Positions 32,817 to 42,120 of a DNA stretch of 64,000 nucleotides are shown here, one piece after another; the stretch's first letter is position 1, and every line of letters begins with the position of its first letter. The notes under the pieces are model-generated. The model worked only from the letters and a program-made list of their open reading frames with translations, had not been told where the DNA came from and ran no database searches. Source of the DNA: an uncultured bacterium (lineage in GTDB: Bacteria; Zhuqueibacterota; QNDG01; DTFT01); assembly GCA_963736115.1 (NCBI GenBank), contig CAVTNR010000017.1, positions 32,001-96,000 of the forward strand, written 5' to 3'. The position numbers and the translations under genes were made by a program.

Positions 32817-33215
32817 TCATTCCCTCAGTTCGGTCCTGGACATGGACGCGGTTTTAAGGTCATTCGTTTCCAGGACTTCGGCAGGAAAATCGAAAATCTG
32901 TGGAAGAAGATCCATGACCGGCGCGGCGCAAAGACACCGATTATGAATTTTATCGCTGAAAACCGAGCGGTATTCCTTTTTATCGCTTCTGTATTTATTG
33001 GATATATGGAAAAGCAAATCGGGGTTTATCTGCATCTTTGGAAAACCCTGCTTATCCTCGGTTACCATACGGTTTCTGGTTGTGGGTTCGGTTACATGGT
33101 TTTTTATAATCCCGGCTGTTGAATTGTTGATTACGCCGGTTTGATCCGACAATTCCACGAATGCCCTTACTTTTTGAAATACAAGCATTAGCAGTATTAT
33201 TATGAATATTCTCAT
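32817..33215 (-). CDS. Small exported hypothetical protein (NKYRSDKKEYR family)
   Basis: Hydrophobic N-terminus; paralog of 16438-16848; stop codon sits 1 nt before the adhesin ATG. Confidence 0.7.
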   Translation of the reverse strand: MRIFIIILLMLVFQKVRAFVELSDQTGVINNSTAGIIKNHVTEPTTRNRMVTEDKQGFPKMQINPDLLFHISNKYRSDKKEYRSVFSDKIHNRCLCAAPVMDLLPQIFDFPAEVLETNDLKTASMSRTELRE

Positions 33216-33428
33216 GTCCTATATCATCCTATGGCTTCATTTGTATTATTTATAGATGTTTAAGTCATGTCAATCTGTTTATTTAAAATTGGAATCGTTC
33301 CTATAATTGCTCGATCTGCACGCGGTTAATATCAATAAAAACAATATTTTTAGTTAAATAGTATTATTTCAATATTTTTTCATTTTGCAAATAAACTTGC
33401 CGCGAAACGAGTATTCAGGATGATTCAG

Positions 33429-33443
33429 TCAATTCACATGCCA
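33429..33443 (-). promoter_or_regulatory. Putative sigma54-type -24/-12 promoter
   Basis: TGGCATG-TGAA-TTGA on the minus strand, upstream of locus B. Confidence 0.6.
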
Positions 33444-33581
33444 AAGAAATCCTGTTTCGCACGGGAAGCTTCCTGATGATTACGGCTGGATTCGTCAGGC
33501 GTGAAATTTGCATGTGATTTTCCGGGTCCATCGAAGCCGGGTTCATTTCTCTGATAGGCGAGCATGGCAGGAATAAAAAGC

Positions 33582-33610
33582 TTGACAATGGCTTCACATT
33601 TCCATATATT
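33582..33610 (+). promoter_or_regulatory. Sigma70-type promoter
   Basis: TTGACA-N17-TATATT. Confidence 0.7.
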
Positions 33611-33621
33611 TTTACCTGAAC

Positions 33622-33798
33622 TTCAAAGGAGTCTGCGTATCGTCAGTTCGTTAAGGGTTTGATGGAGTTGACATTTTCGCGTTGCTCTTGAAGCGGAAGG
33701 TCACAGGCTGATCCATCTCCTTTGAACGGACTTTTTTTATGCCGGTTTTTCAAGGTGAGATGCCTGTGGTCGGCCGCCTTGAAAAGTCGGCTTTTTTT
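33622..33798 (+). ncRNA. Structured leader or candidate ncRNA with an intrinsic terminator upstream of porV
   Basis: 10-bp closing stem TTCAAAGGAG/CTCCTTTGAA, then hairpin GCCGGTTTTTCAAGG..CCTTGAAAAGTCGGC followed by T7. Confidence 0.45.
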
Positions 33799-33828
33799 AT
33801 TGTTCATCACAGAGTGGAGGAACCTCCC

Positions 33829-34959
33829 ATGAAAAAACTGCTGGTCATCATGGCCGCCGGACTTCTTGTCCTGTCTTTCTCGGCCTCCGCCTTCGCGGTC
33901 AGCAAAGCCGCCGTGCTTTCGCTGATGATATCGCCCGGTGCCCGCGCCGCCGGAATGGGCGAAGCCTTCGTGTCCGTGGCCGACGACGCCACGGCCACGT
34001 ATTGGAACCCGGCGGGTCTCGCCTTCCAGAAAGGCCATGAGATCACGCTGATGCATTCCAACTGGCTGCCCAATCTCGTGTCGGACATGTTCTACGATTT
34101 CGTGGCCTACCGAAAGGACGTGGCGTCCCTGGGCGGCGTGATCGGTTTCAACCTCACCTATTTCAACATGGGTGAGCAGGCCTACACCACCGAACAGGGG
34201 CCCGAGGTCATCGACACGTTCAAGAGCTGGGACCTCGCGGCCACGGCCTCGTACGCGACCCTGCTGAAGCCCAATCTCGGTCTCGGCATCAACGCCCGGT
34301 ACATCCACAGCGCGCTCGCGCCGATGGGCGCCGGATCGGAGCAGGGCAAGGGCGTCGGCAATTCCTTCGCCGCGGACCTGGGCCTGCTGTACATGCCCGG
34401 ATGGTTCAAGGGGCTCAGCATGGGTATGAACCTGTCGAACATGGGCCCGAAAATCACCTACATCGATGCGGACCAGGCGGATCCCCTTCCGACCAACCTG
34501 AAAATCGGTGTCAGTTACAAGATCCTCGACTCCGAGTTCAACAAGCTCCGTATCGCCATGGACACCAACAAGATGCTCATCTACAAATACTGGAAGCATA
34601 TCCAGACGGGCAAGTCGCTCAAGCACGAAGAGTGGCTGAAGCTTGACGACGACGTCCAGGCGACTTACGAGTCGGAAACCGACCCGTTCTACAAGGCGAT
34701 TTTCACCTCGTGGGGCGACGGATCCCTGAGCCAGCAGGCCAATCAGCTGATCAGTTCCGTCGGTCTGGAATACATCTACAACAGCATGATCTCGCTCCGG
34801 ACCGGCTACTACTACGACTATGACGGAAAGGTGCAGTACCCGACTTTCGGCGCGGGCCTGCAGTATGACAAGTACCGGTTCGACTTTTCCTACATCGCCG
34901 CTGACAGCGACAGCCCGCTGACGGACACCATGCGGTTCTCGCTTACAGCGGGGTTCTGA
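33829..34959 (+). CDS. porV: T9SS outer-membrane shuttle protein, PorV/PorQ family
   Basis: LMISPGARAAGMGEA..ADDATATYWNPAGLAF, HSNWLP, NMGPKITY..ADPLPTNL, RFSLTAGF. Confidence 0.88.
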   Translation: MKKLLVIMAAGLLVLSFSASAFAVSKAAVLSLMISPGARAAGMGEAFVSVADDATATYWNPAGLAFQKGHEITLMHSNWLPNLVSDMFYDFVAYRKDVASLGGVIGFNLTYFNMGEQAYTTEQGPEVIDTFKSWDLAATASYATLLKPNLGLGINARYIHSALAPMGAGSEQGKGVGNSFAADLGLLYMPGWFKGLSMGMNLSNMGPKITYIDADQADPLPTNLKIGVSYKILDSEFNKLRIAMDTNKMLIYKYWKHIQTGKSLKHEEWLKLDDDVQATYESETDPFYKAIFTSWGDGSLSQQANQLISSVGLEYIYNSMISLRTGYYYDYDGKVQYPTFGAGLQYDKYRFDFSYIAADSDSPLTDTMRFSLTAGF

Positions 34960-34994
34960 TCGTCCGCCCGATTTTTTCCGGCGTCGAGTCCATG

Positions 34995-35028
34995 AAATAC
35001 CCCACGCGTGAAGGTGGGGTATTTTTTT
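34995..35028 (+). terminator. Intrinsic terminator after porV
   Basis: AAATACCCCAC..GTGGGGTATTTTTTT. Confidence 0.75.
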
Positions 35029-35042
35029 AGCGGAGACAATTC

Positions 35043-38000
35043 ATGATGCGGCGATTCTTTTCATGCCTGTGCCTACTCCTGGCGGTTCAGCTCCCGGCCG
35101 TGCCGGGAACCGGAGAGGGACCGGTATTCCGTCCCAGGGCCTGCCGGCCCTCGGAACGCAGCCTGCTGTCCACGGCGCGGACAGCGGCTGTTCAGCCGGC
35201 GGCTGGTTTCGGCCTCCGGAAAGAGTCTGTGCCGGAAGCGGCCCGGACACCGGACACCTTGAAAGTGCTCGGACTGATGGTCCAGTTCAGGCAGGACGCG
35301 GACCTTGAGACCACGGGAGACGGCCGGTTTATGCTCGGACCGGCTGCGGGCGAAACCATTGACCCGCCTCCGCATGACCCTGCCTATTTTCAGAACCAGC
35401 TTCGGGCGCTGGCTAATTACTGGCGCACGGTCTCCGGCGGCAGGCTCATTCTCGAATGGGAGGTCGCGGCGGAAGTTTTCACCGCTGCCGACAGCCTCGG
35501 CGGATACGTTCCGCCGGAATCATCCCGTTCGGACGCGGCCGTCACATTGGGAGCGGTCCGCTTTTTCCGCGACGCGGTGCGGCTGGCGGACGCGGCTGGT
35601 GTGCGCTTTTCCGACACTGACTGCCTGATCGTGTTCCATGCGGGTGTGGGCGGGGACCTCGCTTTCGATTACGATCCCACGCCCCGCGACATGCCGTCCA
35701 TGTTTCTGAATCTCGAAGATCTGAAGGACTATCTGCCAGCGGCCGAGTTCAATGAAAGGGGGCTGTCGGTTCAGAACGGCGCCTATGGCGTCGCGGAAGG
35801 CATCATTCTCCCCGAGACCCAGAGCCAGGAAGGATACGAGATCGGTCTGCTCGGTACGGCCGCCCTCATGTCCGGCTTCCAGTTCGGGCTTCCGGCACTG
35901 TGGGACACGGAAACCGGCCGGTCCGGCATCGGCGCCTGGGGCCTCATGGACCAGGGGTCGGGCAATTACAACGGCCTCATTCCGGCCAGGCCGAGCGCGG
36001 TCGAGAGGATGCTTCTGGGGTGGTATCTCCCGAAACCGGGGAACAATCTTGCGGATTTCCGGATCGCTTGCCCGGCCGCGGCGGACACGGTTCGATCCGA
36101 TTTCAGGCGGCCGATCCGGATCTCCATCAACGGCAACGAATACTATCTGATCGAAAACCGACAGCACGACCCGGACGGCGATGGCGTCGCCCTGGGTCTG
36201 GATGCGAACGGCGGAACCGTAACTTTTGACGCGGATTATCAAGTGCATTACTCCGGTGAGCCATCCGTCATCGTCTCGGTAGACGAATACGATTACGGAC
36301 TTCCGGGATCCGGGTTCCTCATTTGGCATGTCGATGAATCCGTGCTTCAGGCCGGAATTGAAAACAACACCGTCAACGTCGATCCCTCTCGAAGGGGAGT
36401 GGACCTCGAAGAAGCGGACGGCAGTCAGGACATCGGCGAGTCGTACGGCATGTTCGATGCAGGTTACGGATCGGAAACGGGCGTTCTTCAGGATACCTGG
36501 TTTGCGGATAACGATGTCCACCTGCTGGTCAACGGAAGCGACTCTGTCGCATTCACCCCGTTTTCACATCCGAATACGAGGTCCAATGACGGAGCGGATT
36601 CCCAGATTTCATTTTCCGGTTTTTCCGAATCCGGTCCGGTAATGGCATTTTCGGTCCGGTACGGGCGGATGTCCCCGGATTTCCCGAAAGCCTTACGGGG
36701 GAAGGCCGGGTCCTATCCGCCACTGGCTGCACGATTCAAAGGATATGGAAATCCTGATCTTCTTCTCGTGACACACGACGGCAATCTGTATGGATGGGAC
36801 GGCGAGGGATATTTCAGTTCCTTTCCGCAAGGCGCAGTCATCAGTATGGACCCCGATTTCGTTCAAATAACACGGAACATGCCGGTTTTCGCGTCTCTCG
36901 AGTCGGGAGTGTCCGTTCCGCCTGTGTGCGGCGATCTGGACGGAGACGGGTTCGACGATCTGGCGGTGCTGACGGATGACGGCCGTTTTCTGCTCTGGAG
37001 CGCGGTGTCCGAATCCGGCCGAGATGCCCCGTGGATCCGGGGGACGTTTCCGCTGGAAGGGGAGAAGGGAACGTCTCTCGTTCTCGTCCCGGTCCGGGGA
37101 GCCGGCCTGCGGCCTTTCATCGGAACCGAATCCGGCCGGATTTTGACGACTGGAGGAGACGGAACCCTCGTGTCGGTCGCGCATCCGTTCGACCGTCCGG
37201 TTTCAGGCGTCGCATGCTGGGGCGAATCGGACACGCTTCTGGCCGTTGCGTCCGAAGGCGGGTATGCCCTGCTCGGCGCGGATGGACACATTGTTTTCAA
37301 CGGAATCCCGGGCATTACCGGACTGTCCGAACCTGCGACGGGCCGGCCGGGTTCCGGATCCGGAATGCAGGGCTTCCTGTCTGAAAGGAGCATGATCCGG
37401 ATCATCCATGCGGATGGATCCTCATCGGTGTTGCACCGTCCGGATTTGGAGGAATCGTTGTCATCCCCGTCCCTGGCCGACGTCAACGGTGACGGCAGCC
37501 TCGACATCGTGTCCGTTTCAGGGGGTCGGGTCTGGTGCATGAACCAGAACGGAACGCTCATTGAGGGTTTTCCAGCGCGGATTGCGGCCGAGCACGCGGA
37601 ATGCTCAACTCCAATAATAGGGGACGTGGACGGGGACGGACTCCTGGATATTCTGGTTTCCACGTCCGAGGGACTGATCGCGGCTGTATCCGCGGACGGC
37701 GGCAGGGTCGAAGGTTTCCCTCTTCCATTATATGGGAAGCAGGCTGTGGCACCGACATTAGCCGACCTGGACGGCGACGGGCGCATCGAGATACTCGCGG
37801 CCTCGGACGGCGGTCAGATGGCGGTATGGGACATGGATGGCTCCGCCGAGAACCTGTCCCGGACCTGGCCCATGGCGCGTCACGACGCGGCAGGTTCGGG
37901 CCGGAGCGATTTTATCCCGGGAACGACCGGGCCCGTGCCTTCCGGCGGACTCCTGCCGGCCCGGTTTGCCTACAACTATCCGAATCCTGCGTACGGAGAT

Positions 38001-38231
38001 TTCACCGTGATCCGCTACAGGCTCCGCGAAGCAGGCCGCGTGCGCATTGCCGTCTATTCCCTGGCCGGCGCGGAAATCGCCGCTTTCGAAGGGCCCGGGG
38101 ACGGCCCCGGCGACCACGAGGCGGTCTGGAGCCTGAAAGGCGTGGACAGCGGCGTTTACACCTGCCGGATCCAGGCGTCCGCTTCAGGCGAATCCAGTTC
38201 CGCTTTCTTTAAAATTGCGGTGGTGAAATGA
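35043..38231 (+). CDS. T9SS cargo: degenerate M6 (immune inhibitor A)-like domain, FG-GAP repeats, CTD
   Basis: IVFHAG, GLPALWD..GIGAWGLMDQG, EYYLIENR, GFLIWHVDE, VDLEEADG; DxDGDG repeats; YNYPNP..KIAVVK. Confidence 0.8.
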   Translation: MMRRFFSCLCLLLAVQLPAVPGTGEGPVFRPRACRPSERSLLSTARTAAVQPAAGFGLRKESVPEAARTPDTLKVLGLMVQFRQDADLETTGDGRFMLGPAAGETIDPPPHDPAYFQNQLRALANYWRTVSGGRLILEWEVAAEVFTAADSLGGYVPPESSRSDAAVTLGAVRFFRDAVRLADAAGVRFSDTDCLIVFHAGVGGDLAFDYDPTPRDMPSMFLNLEDLKDYLPAAEFNERGLSVQNGAYGVAEGIILPETQSQEGYEIGLLGTAALMSGFQFGLPALWDTETGRSGIGAWGLMDQGSGNYNGLIPARPSAVERMLLGWYLPKPGNNLADFRIACPAAADTVRSDFRRPIRISINGNEYYLIENRQHDPDGDGVALGLDANGGTVTFDADYQVHYSGEPSVIVSVDEYDYGLPGSGFLIWHVDESVLQAGIENNTVNVDPSRRGVDLEEADGSQDIGESYGMFDAGYGSETGVLQDTWFADNDVHLLVNGSDSVAFTPFSHPNTRSNDGADSQISFSGFSESGPVMAFSVRYGRMSPDFPKALRGKAGSYPPLAARFKGYGNPDLLLVTHDGNLYGWDGEGYFSSFPQGAVISMDPDFVQITRNMPVFASLESGVSVPPVCGDLDGDGFDDLAVLTDDGRFLLWSAVSESGRDAPWIRGTFPLEGEKGTSLVLVPVRGAGLRPFIGTESGRILTTGGDGTLVSVAHPFDRPVSGVACWGESDTLLAVASEGGYALLGADGHIVFNGIPGITGLSEPATGRPGSGSGMQGFLSERSMIRIIHADGSSSVLHRPDLEESLSSPSLADVNGDGSLDIVSVSGGRVWCMNQNGTLIEGFPARIAAEHAECSTPIIGDVDGDGLLDILVSTSEGLIAAVSADGGRVEGFPLPLYGKQAVAPTLADLDGDGRIEILAASDGGQMAVWDMDGSAENLSRTWPMARHDAAGSGRSDFIPGTTGPVPSGGLLPARFAYNYPNPAYGDFTVIRYRLREAGRVRIAVYSLAGAEIAAFEGPGDGPGDHEAVWSLKGVDSGVYTCRIQASASGESSSAFFKIAVVK

Positions 38232-41224
38232 TTCGTATCGCCAGCCGGCTGCGGCCCCTCCATGGCAGAGGGACACCTCTCATACAGGCGTCTCTTTTCG
38301 CGGCTGCATGCATCCTGTCTCTTCACCAAAGCCTGTCCGGCCAGCCTTCTGTGCTTTACAATCATCCCGAACTTGAATGGCAAACGGCCGAGTCCGCGCA
38401 TTTTTACGTTCATTTCCACGAAGGAACGGAACGCACGGCCCGGGCCGCGCTCGAAACCGCGGAACGCGTGTACGGTCCGCTCACCGCGCTGTACGGTTAC
38501 GAGCCGGACGGCCGTTTCCACCTCATCATCCGCGACCACGAGGATGATTCGAACGGCGGGGCTTATTACTACGACAATAAGGTCGAGATCTGGTGCTCGG
38601 CCATGGATTTCAGCCTGCGCGGCACGCATGCCTGGATCGACAATGTGGTCACCCATGAAATCGCGCACATGATCTCCCTTGGCGCGGCGCGCAAGGCGCC
38701 CCGACAGCTTCCGGCCGTGTACTTCCAGTATCTGGGCTATGAACGGGAAAAACGGCCGGACGTGATACACGGGTATCCCAACCGCATCATTTCCTACCCG
38801 GTTCTCGGAACCGTGGTGCCGATGTGGTTCGCAGAGGGCATGGCGCAGTTCCACCGCCGGGGTTTCGGGTACGATGCCTGGGACACGCACCGTGACATGC
38901 TCCTGCGCACCGCCGCGTTTGACAAGAGACTTCTGCCGCTCTCCGCGATGTCCGTTTTCGGAAAGAACAGCATTGGAAACGAGCGGGTGTACAACCAGGG
39001 CCTGGCTCTGACCTCCTGGATCGCGTTCCGGTACGGAGAGGACAGGCTCGGCGAGCTGGCCAGGGCCATGAAAAAGCCCCTGGCGTTCGACTTCTCGTCC
39101 GCTTCGAAGAAGGCGGTCGGACGCGACGCGGAGGACCTGGCCGGGGAGTGGAACTCCTGGGTGTCCGCCGGATACGCCGCGGGGCTTGAGGCTGTTCTCG
39201 CGGGAAAGGTCGAGGGACGGATCGCGGAGGCCGAAGGATCCGGGAATTTCACGCCGGCCTGGTCGCCGGACGGATCCGGACTCGCTTATGTTTCCAGCCG
39301 AGGCAAGGATTACCTGTCCCAGACTGCGCTGGTGGTGCTCGAAGGAAACGCCTCCAAACCGAAACCGCTCGCGGCCGGCGCGGCGGCCGGCATCTCCTGG
39401 TCCCCGGACGGACAACGGATCGCATTCTCCCGCAAGACGGCGGACCGGTCCGGTTCGCATTATTTCGATTGTTACACCGTGGACGTCCGCACGAAAAAAG
39501 AAAAAAGGATCACGAAACGGCTCCGCTTCCGCCAGCCGGCCTGGTCTCCGGACGGAAGGCGCATCGCAGGCGTGGTCGAGAAAGACGGCACGTCCAACCT
39601 GCTGCTCGTATCCGCTGACGGGAAGCATGTCCGGTCGGTCACCTCGTTCTCGAACGGGGAACAGATATTTGACCCCCGCTGGCTGGCGGGAGAAATCGTC
39701 TTTTCCATGGCCTCGCCGGGCTCCGGACGGGGCATCGCGGCTGTGGATACGGTTTCGGGAACGCTTCGCGCATTGATCGACTCGGACGCGGATGAACGCG
39801 ATCCGAACCCCTCGCCGGACGGACGCTTCCTCTATTACGCCTCGGACCGCACCGGTATATTCAACCTGTACCGGCTGGAACCGGTCAGCGGACTTTCCGA
39901 ACCCGTGACCAATGTGACCGGCGGCGCGTTTTCACCCGCCGCGGCTCCGGACGGCCGCATCGCGTACGCGCTGTTCCGGACGGACGGTTTCAAGATCGCG
40001 GTGCTTGATTCCGTCCGTGCCGTTGAAGACCGCGCGATGCGGTACACCTCACCCTACGATTCCATCCGGGCCTTCATGTCCGGGCCATTTGACTTTCCGG
40101 TTTCGGTGAAAACGGCCGGGGTGCCGGGCTTTTCGCCAAAGCCGTACGACCTGGCTTTTTCGAAACTTTCTTTCTACCCGGTCCTGCGCATGGATTATCC
40201 CGGACTGCTCAAGATCGGGGCCTACACCTTCGGCAGTGATTTTCTCGACCGGGTTTCGGTTTCCGGATTTTTCGCGGCGAACGGACGTTTCGACACGGAC
40301 GCGTCCCTGACGTTCCAGTACAGGCGTTTTTTTCCGACGCTCTTTGTCGAAGGGTATCGCGTCGGCCTGCATGAGCCGAAGGAGGACGCGGACTACCGGT
40401 TCGCCCTGCTCCAGGCCGATGTGGGCGCGGACTGGCCGCTCGCCGGTCACACGGGCCTGCGCACGGCCCTTCAAATCAGCCGGTACGACGCGGCCATGGA
40501 ATTCATGGCCCAATCCGTCAAGGCCAAGATCCCCTATACCTACCACAAGGGAAGCGTCCTGCAGTTGCGCATGGAGCACGCGGCGCCGGTCCGGGCGGTA
40601 CAGGACATCGCGCCCGTCCGCGGCCGGCGGTTGACGGTCGAGGTGGACGCGGCCTCGAACCGGTTCATGACCGGTTTTAACGCGAATTCCAATTACGGCT
40701 TCCTGACAGAGACGTACCGCAAGTACGATTACGTTCAGTTCCTAGCGGACTGGAGCGAAACCGTTCCGCTTCCGGCGCGGGACTGCGGCCTCGGGTGGCG
40801 CGTGCAAGCCGGCGCAATCGACCGGTCGGTGGACAGTTTCTACAACCTGTTCGGCGGCGGTCTCGACGGCATGCGCGGCTATTCCTTCTACAGCATCGAA
40901 GGCCGCAAGCTGCTGCGCCTCGGGCTCCGGCTGAGCTTCCCGATCCTGCCGCGGCTGAATACATCCGCGGCTTGGCTGCATTTCAGGGGATTGTACGGGA
41001 CTGTGTACGCGGACGCGGGCGACGCCTGGAGCGGGGATTCTCCGGATTGGAAAAGAGATGCCGGGGCCCAGCTGAGGCTCGGCGCCTTCTCCTTCTACGG
41101 ACTGCCCACCGCGATTTTTTGCGACGCGGCCTACGGGTTCGACCGGATCACCCTACCCGGCGGGCATGAGGAAGGCCGGGCCTGGCGGTGGTATTTCGGT
41201 GTTCTGTTTGATTTCATGGATTGA
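38228..41224 (+). CDS. Omp85/BamA-like protein with an N-terminal metallopeptidase domain and PD40/TolB-like propeller
   Basis: HEIAH..WFAEG; repeated PAWSPDG; GG..GMRGY lid motif and YADAGDAW in the C-terminal barrel. Confidence 0.8.
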   Translation: MIRIASRLRPLHGRGTPLIQASLFAAACILSLHQSLSGQPSVLYNHPELEWQTAESAHFYVHFHEGTERTARAALETAERVYGPLTALYGYEPDGRFHLIIRDHEDDSNGGAYYYDNKVEIWCSAMDFSLRGTHAWIDNVVTHEIAHMISLGAARKAPRQLPAVYFQYLGYEREKRPDVIHGYPNRIISYPVLGTVVPMWFAEGMAQFHRRGFGYDAWDTHRDMLLRTAAFDKRLLPLSAMSVFGKNSIGNERVYNQGLALTSWIAFRYGEDRLGELARAMKKPLAFDFSSASKKAVGRDAEDLAGEWNSWVSAGYAAGLEAVLAGKVEGRIAEAEGSGNFTPAWSPDGSGLAYVSSRGKDYLSQTALVVLEGNASKPKPLAAGAAAGISWSPDGQRIAFSRKTADRSGSHYFDCYTVDVRTKKEKRITKRLRFRQPAWSPDGRRIAGVVEKDGTSNLLLVSADGKHVRSVTSFSNGEQIFDPRWLAGEIVFSMASPGSGRGIAAVDTVSGTLRALIDSDADERDPNPSPDGRFLYYASDRTGIFNLYRLEPVSGLSEPVTNVTGGAFSPAAAPDGRIAYALFRTDGFKIAVLDSVRAVEDRAMRYTSPYDSIRAFMSGPFDFPVSVKTAGVPGFSPKPYDLAFSKLSFYPVLRMDYPGLLKIGAYTFGSDFLDRVSVSGFFAANGRFDTDASLTFQYRRFFPTLFVEGYRVGLHEPKEDADYRFALLQADVGADWPLAGHTGLRTALQISRYDAAMEFMAQSVKAKIPYTYHKGSVLQLRMEHAAPVRAVQDIAPVRGRRLTVEVDAASNRFMTGFNANSNYGFLTETYRKYDYVQFLADWSETVPLPARDCGLGWRVQAGAIDRSVDSFYNLFGGGLDGMRGYSFYSIEGRKLLRLGLRLSFPILPRLNTSAAWLHFRGLYGTVYADAGDAWSGDSPDWKRDAGAQLRLGAFSFYGLPTAIFCDAAYGFDRITLPGGHEEGRAWRWYFGVLFDFMD

Positions 41225-41247
41225 GTCTTTCAAGCGGGAGAAACGAA

Positions 41248-42009
41248 ATGACTGGAAGAATCATGATGACGCTGGCACTGGCCGGTCTTTGCCTTTCCGC
41301 CGCGCCGGAGACGGCCGCACAGGAGTCCGCATGGACACGGGCACGGATGTCCGCCTTTATGACCGCGGCAGACACGTCCGCTCCATCCGGGGATGCGGCT
41401 CTCGGTGCCCGGCCGGGACAGCGGCCCATGCGCAGTGCCAGGCTGGCCGGTTTTCTCTCCGCCGCGGTACCGGGCGCGGGACAGGCTTATGGCGGGTCCT
41501 GGATCAAAGCCGCCGCTTTTCTGGCCCTCGAAACCGCGGCCTGGATCGGATACAGCCATTACACGAACGAGGGCGATGCCATGCGGAAGGAGTTCCGGGC
41601 GTACGCGGACGAACACTGGAGCCGGGAGCGTTGGCATGCCGCTTATGTCGAGGGACAGGATCCGAGCACGCACGCGCTTCCGGATTACAATACCCAGCAG
41701 TACTACGAGATGATCGGAAAATACGATCAGTTCATGAAGGGCTGGGATGACTGGTCGCAGGGGGGGGCGAATCTGACGGAGAATCGCTATTATTATGAAT
41801 CCAGGCGGCGCGAACACAATGAACAGCTGATCAATGCCTCCAAGTGCACCATGGCCGCACTCGGCAATCACCTGATTTCAGCCCTGGACGCGGCGTGGAC
41901 GGTCCGCAGGGGAAACCGGAGCCTGTCCCTTCAGATCGCGCCCGGGTTTCGGACATCCTACGCCTCAGCGGAAGCGGTTCCCGCGCTGAACCTCCGGGCG
42001 GCGTGGTGA
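41248..42009 (+). CDS. Exported/membrane protein, DUF5683-like
   Basis: Signal peptide, LSAAVPGAGQAY, NHLISALDA. Confidence 0.7.
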   Translation: MTGRIMMTLALAGLCLSAAPETAAQESAWTRARMSAFMTAADTSAPSGDAALGARPGQRPMRSARLAGFLSAAVPGAGQAYGGSWIKAAAFLALETAAWIGYSHYTNEGDAMRKEFRAYADEHWSRERWHAAYVEGQDPSTHALPDYNTQQYYEMIGKYDQFMKGWDDWSQGGANLTENRYYYESRRREHNEQLINASKCTMAALGNHLISALDAAWTVRRGNRSLSLQIAPGFRTSYASAEAVPALNLRAAW

Positions 42010-42015
42010 GGCTTG

Positions 42016-42048
42016 ATCCTCCCGGAGGCTCGAAGCCTCCGGGAGGAT
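42016..42048. repeat. REP family A palindrome
   Basis: ATCCTCCCGGAGGCTCGAAGCCTCCGGGAGGAT. Confidence 0.75.
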
Positions 42049-42120
42049 ACCGAAGGAAAAGTCCCCGAGAGGTTGAAGCCGGATCAAACAGATCACATCC
42101 ATGACACGGAACATGATTTC

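Noticed and set aside
33622-33726. SRP RNA, 6S RNA or c-di-GMP riboswitch
   Set aside because: Diagnostic motifs not recognisable; kept only as an unknown structured RNA candidate.
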